Assembly: GCA_002256025.1 (NCBI GenBank)
Contig: NKIB01015135.1
Location: 1-38,063 of the forward strand
Source of the DNA: Asterionella formosa
Taxonomy: Eukaryota
Length of the DNA stretch: 38,063 bases
Reading direction: 5' to 3'
The position numbers and the translations under genes are program-made. Positions within the stretch are counted from its first letter, which is position 1, and each line of letters opens with the position of its first letter. The notes beneath the pieces are model-generated. The model was not told the DNA's origin. It worked only from the letters and a program-made list of their open reading frames with translations, and did no database searches. Shown here one piece after another: positions 33,340 through 38,063 of the stretch.

Positions 33340-34119
33340 CTAGAGCTCACTATAAAGAACAAATGTTCCATTGGTATCCAAATAAATATTATCCTTGGAT
33401 ACATGAAATTGGGTAGCAATCAAGTAGGCTGCTGCCTCCATATGGTCTCCCTGCACAATAATTTCTTTACCTGCCACACCATCCTTGACCGACGAACTTC
33501 CTGCGAATTGTTTACTGAATGCCTTGCTAACATCCTTCAATTTAATATCGGGCACTGTATCCATCCCAATCACCACAGTGGTGGCCTTTTTCTTGTTACG
33601 TGTAATCTTTTGAATGACCACCCTGGTATCTTTAAGGACTGTCTTTTTAGCTCCCACTCCTCGTCGTTGCTTCCCTTCGACTCCACTGACAACAGCATCT
33701 CCTCCGCCGTCGTCATCTACCACCACCTCGTTGTCCTCGTCGTCTTCGTCGTCGTCGTCATATGGATCAACAGGCTCCTTGCCATATTTCTTCACCAAGG
33801 CTTCAAATAATTTCTCTTCCTTTCCTTTGTATTTTTCCAACAGTGATGGGATACTATCAATCTTTTCAGGAACATACATGTTGTAAAAGGCAGTCAATCG
33901 TTGTTCCGTTGTCCATGGTGCAGTAGGTCTGTCCTTTGATCCTGTCGCGGCAGCAGCAACGACACCACTGCCATGTAAGGTCTGATATAATGTTGGGTAA
34001 TGTTTTAGCAACCAAGGACTGCAATGAGATTCAAAATCAGGACCATAAACACAATATTCTGGTGGCATACCACAAGCACCACAATACACAATCGAAACGC
34101 GTTCCAATAATAGTACCAT
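33340..34119 (-). CDS. DENR: Density-regulated protein DENR/Tma22 (SUI1 domain), 259 aa, with an inserted helical domain
   Basis: N-terminal VYCGACGMPPEYC..GP Zn-binding motif and C-terminal SUI1 domain (RNKKKATTVVIG...SKQFAGSSSV...EIIVQGDH). The likely ATG is at 34119; the longer ORF runs through a microsatellite and transposon. Confidence 0.9.
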   Translation of the reverse strand: MVLLLERVSIVYCGACGMPPEYCVYGPDFESHCSPWLLKHYPTLYQTLHGSGVVAAAATGSKDRPTAPWTTEQRLTAFYNMYVPEKIDSIPSLLEKYKGKEEKLFEALVKKYGKEPVDPYDDDDEDDEDNEVVVDDDGGGDAVVSGVEGKQRRGVGAKKTVLKDTRVVIQKITRNKKKATTVVIGMDTVPDIKLKDVSKAFSKQFAGSSSVKDGVAGKEIIVQGDHMEAAAYLIATQFHVSKDNIYLDTNGTFVLYSEL

Positions 34120-34121
34120 GC

Positions 34122-34181
34122 TGATTGATTGATTGATTGAATGAATGAATGAATGAATGAATGAATGAATGAATGAATGAA
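34122..34181. repeat. (TGAT)n-(TGAA)n compound tetranucleotide microsatellite in the DENR 5' region
   Basis: tgattgattgattgattgaatgaatgaatgaa... Confidence 0.95.
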
Positions 34182-34304
34182 TACTGCGGTAGCTATAAAT
34201 GGTTGAATAGAGGATGTGAACGCTGGAAAACAAAAAGCAACGCAAAGTGGGAGCTGATGGATGACATACGACACCAATAGTTAGTACCTGGTACTGGTAT
34301 CGTA

Positions 34305-35712
34305 AAGCTGGTTGCATCAAAAAAATAATTATAGTAGCCCACGTAGCGCTGGTACAAAATATTATCCTTATCCCTACCGTAGGAAGGAATATCGCGCCGA
34401 TTTGTTTGCTTCGATCGGCTCACCATGTTGCTCAATATCGCCACCGTTTCCTGTGCTAAAGTGATTCCCCAAAGGCTTTTATATTCGTTTGTATAGTCAT
34501 GAGTGAAATGCTATTGGGGAATCACTTTTCACATGATATTTAAAAAGTTATAGCAATATCCGTTATGGCCGCCATCAGTGACCCTGGTGCCATTCATGGT
34601 GTTTGGTTGCCGGTCGATCAATTCAGGGAACATCTTCACGAAAAGTACTCTCTTGGCGAAAAAATACAATTTAATGCTAATAGATTGATAAGGTATCTCA
34701 ATAAGGTTTTTCCAAATCAATCTTTCTTGGAGTCAAACAAGGTCACAATTTCCACAGGCAAGAAGGTGATGGGGCGGAATTTCGACATGAGTATCAAACA
34801 AAAGTCAAAAGTAGGGAAAGATTTATTTACATTAAAGGAAAGAAAGTATCAGCGCGGTTCCTAAGTTTCCTACATTTGATAATTCATCTGAATGGGAAGA
34901 TAAATGTGTTCCATTGAAGAGGCTACTAAGAAATGGAAGCTGGGGTAATGATGGTCAAAATTTTCGTGATGGTCACCATGTAAAGTCATCTAGTAGTGGT
35001 AGAAGTAATTCACCTCAACTATTAGAGAAAGAAGTTACTCTACATACTGCCTTTGATTTAAATAGTAAAATTAGTATGACTGGTCTAGGAGATGAATTGA
35101 ATTCAAGGAAAAGGACAAGTGAACAACAAGAAGGAGAAGAAGAAGGCAAAGAAGCAACTAGTAGACTTTTATTGCTAGGGGGGGGAGTGATGAATCATCA
35201 GAACACCATTTGCTAGAGAATTCGAATATGGGGCAAAATCAGAAGGCTACTAGTCCTATCAGCTCATGGTATTGCAGCTCGAAGATTGCATTGATGTTCT
35301 CAAAGTACTCTACCCTCAATTCGATTTCTTGTTTCTTTTTGATCACTCCTGTGGGCACGACTGTCAGAAAGAAGATGTCTTAAATGTGGAACGAATGACT
35401 AATTCCTATGGAGGTGCTTAAAAACAGTTGAGAAATATGGCAAACACATCGTTACCTGGGACCTCACTTACCTTAGCTGAAAGAAACGCAATTAATGCAA
35501 TCAATGTTATTCAGAATAGATGACACCGGACAATTCTGGATGACTGAAGCTGAACGAGATCAAAAGCGCCATGACTTGGTACTGGAAGGGCAAACAATCA
35601 CAAGAAAATAAATAAAGGATGAGCTTCTTATACAACTAAGGCAAAGAGGAATGTAAGCAAAGGGTAAGAAGCAAGCAATACAGTCTAAGGCGCAAGAACA
35701 CAACTTACCAAA
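34305..35712 (+). mobile_element. Degenerate IS630/Tc1/mariner-superfamily element, copy 2 (3'-truncated)
   Basis: Colinear with 237-1612 and also begins right after a TA (34303-04). Retains FDFLFLFDHSCGHD with independent stops and indels. Homology ends at CAACTTACCAA (~35711). Confidence 0.85.
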
Positions 35713-36629
35713 TTGTTGCTGGTGAAATACTGTGCTTGGTGCTTCTGTAATTGTATCCCAATTGTTATGACTGGCAAATTGGTGTTTCTCATTCATCAGG
35801 GTCTCTGGAATTTTATTCCTTGTCTGTTTCCAATCATCGCTCGTAGCTAGTGTTGCATTGTGTTCATTGCTGGAATCGAATCATCTGTAGCTAGCTTCCT
35901 TCTGAAAACCACTATCAGATACTAGTAAGGCAGGATTATCTGCCTGATGATTCATATGTTTCGTTTTCCCTTCCTTTTGGTAATGCTTGCTGGAATCCTG
36001 TACTGTAGTTCTCCATTGTATACAGCGTTTAAGGGTGCAGCATCATTTCTCTTATTTGTATTATGAGTACTGGGCTTCAATTCCTTGTCGTATTTCTGTA
36101 GTGTACCTTGTGTTGACATTCCTGTTGTTGCTGACTGTTCATCAATCTTTTCAAATCTTGGCTTCATATTCATGATTGCCTAAATGTTCTGGAGTATAGT
36201 GTTTGGTTCATTGTTATTCTTCTCATTGTAAACTGTAGGAAAGGCATCCATTACTGCCATCGTGCTGTCATTGAGATTGTATTGGTGGACCACGGATGGT
36301 TTGCATTGTATGGTTTTTGTTGTTAATTGACTTCTGTTTCCTGGCTAAAGTGATGCTTTCTTCATTAATTGACATGTCCATAACGTCCATCTGATCTTTG
36401 TTTGGGTCATATGGTGGTTCTGTTGTCATCAAAGCGTATTCCACCTCAAAGTCAATCATGGATACATCAATGTTGTGACTGATGCAGTGTTGGATGTGTT
36501 CATATTTTCATTGCGATAGCTGGGAAGCGAACATGGCGAGGAGTACCATCAGTAATATTCAAACTACAGACACCATCATGCATTCAATCTCAACATATAT
36601 GAACACAAGCAAGTAGCATACATATTGAT

Positions 36630-36776
36630 GTACTCTTGAATTTTTTTGTGTTTTGGCATTGAGCAAAATCATGTCTACAGAAAGCAACATAAATATAGAA
36701 AAAACATTGAAATATCATTTAAGTTTATTGAAATGGGAACTATATCATTCTGGTGCCAATTCCTATTTAATTCACA
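36630..36776 (+). repeat. Dispersed ~150-bp repeat, copy 2
   Basis: Matches 22119-22270. Confidence 0.8.
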
Positions 36777-36849
36777 TGTTTCAACCTTTAAGGTCCGTGC
36801 ATCATTCATAGCTATGGGCCAGTATTCTTGGATAAGAGATCAAATTCTA

Positions 36850-37114
36850 CAGAAACTAAACAAGTAAATGAATTTTTGTCCAAACATAGATCAGTTAGAG
36901 TTTTCAAGGTTGCAGTCTTTTTGGAGGTGTGCCTGTTAAAGTATTGTCAAAAAAATCAAGAAAGAATAGTGAGTCTTGCCAAGAGTCCAATCTCTGTGGG
37001 AAGTGTGCCAGTAAAAGTAGTGTTGAAAAATATAGACGAGATAGACTTGTCAAGAGTCCAATTTCTGTGGGAATTGTGCCATTGAAAGTAGTGGAGGACA
37101 AGCCTAGACCACGT
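36850..37114 (-). pseudogene. Leucine-rich-repeat (LRR) gene fragment, frameshifted
   Basis: After an acceptor-like TTTATTTACAG it reads TTFNGTIPTEIGLLTSLSRL / NTTFTGTLPTEIGLLARLTIL / DNTLTGTPP / LKTLTDLCLDKNSFT, with frameshifts between repeats. A weaker LRR-like trace (EFGLLTKFTVIDL) lies near 37865-37910. Confidence 0.75.
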
Positions 37115-38063
37115 CTGTAAATAAAATATCATGAAAATATGATCAAGGGTATCGTACGCTAAGTGGCACAGGATTTTCGTATATATGATAATTTTTGGAT
37201 CAAAAATATGATCAAGGTATCTTGTATCTATGATGATTTATTAATATGTTACCAACCTTGAAGTATAATGATAAAAAGAACATTATCATCACACAATGTA
37301 TATAAACTGATCAACAACATTTCTTATCAATATCACAAACCTTCTCATATTATTTTCACTTCTCGTGATTGCCCGATGTAAATTATAACTACAACGTATC
37401 CTAAAACCAGCTCAACTCTATGCTATCATGTGAATTGTTTCATCGTAAATCTATCGTAAACATGATCATAATTCTAATCACAAGCATTGTTCAAAATAGA
37501 TTGAAATGAAAAAATTTAACTATCAAGTTAAGCAATGCTATCTATTAATCTACATGCCAGCGACCCAACGTTTCTCTCTCTACTCGGCTGAATGTATATT
37601 CCTTTCTTGCTCTTTCTTCCTCTGATCTGAATCGTGTGCGAGGCAGTGCCTTACTGATGCTGTGTCTCTTTCCCTGCTGCTGTAAGTGTCATTCTGAGCT
37701 TGCCAACTATTCCGTTGTTTGATTGTTTTTATTGTCCTATGCATGCAGTTACAGTTACAATGAGAAGGAATGGTTTGTTAGCTAGTCATGTTACATTGAA
37801 AAAAGAACACGCAATTCCATTGTATCCTCTTGCTTCACTTACCAAAAATCAATGCAACTGATGCATAAGTCTATTACAGTAAATTTTGTCAGTAATCCAA
37901 ATTCTTGAATAAATAAGTTTCAGGTATCCAATGTTGTCGAATAAAACTTACCGGTTCATTTTTGTCAGCTTAACTTTGAGAGAAGGTAAACGTTTTGTCA
38001 GTTTTGTTCCAACAGAAGTGAATAGGTCCAACGAGCGACAAGAGCACTTACGCAATTTGGTTT

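Noticed and set aside
34120..34320. N-terminal extension of the 326-aa DENR ORF
   Set aside because: It runs through a microsatellite (IHSF repeats) and into the transposon; conserved DENR sequence starts at the ATG at 34119.
35713..36600. Minus-strand ORF fragments (35952-36173, 36268-36459), possibly a retroelement ORF1 relic
   Set aside because: No recognisable domain and the frames are broken.

Overview
This is eukaryotic nuclear DNA, most likely from a diatom (inference from GT-AG introns, bipartite signal-peptide/'ASAF'-type plastid leaders, RxL pro-peptide motifs and 'GTIPTEIGLLT' LRRs). It holds about 12 intact genes: a Cys-rich single-pass membrane protein, a short ankyrin-like protein, a signal-peptide protein (possibly DUF2993-like), a twin CX9C protein, a tail-anchored TPR protein, two tandem secreted heme peroxidases, a plastid DUF1995 protein, a TMEM128-like membrane protein, a plastid aldose/G6P 1-epimerase, a Wss1-type WLM protease and DENR/Tma22. 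Between them lie DNA-transposon material (two decayed copies of an IS630/Tc1/mariner-type element, a Tc1-like terminus, a 648-bp MITE with perfect TIRs, a PIF/Harbinger-like non-autonomous element, a pogo/Tigger remnant), a probable 3'-decayed gene and an LRR pseudogene. The most interesting signals are (i) the intronless tandem pair of secreted class II/III-like heme peroxidases with an RKL pro-site and atypical cysteines and (ii) self-complementary GGTACC/ACCGGT/CCWGG tracts that recur upstream of most gene starts. I saw no CRISPR array, rRNA or tRNA. All family calls come from motif recognition by eye; no database searches were run.
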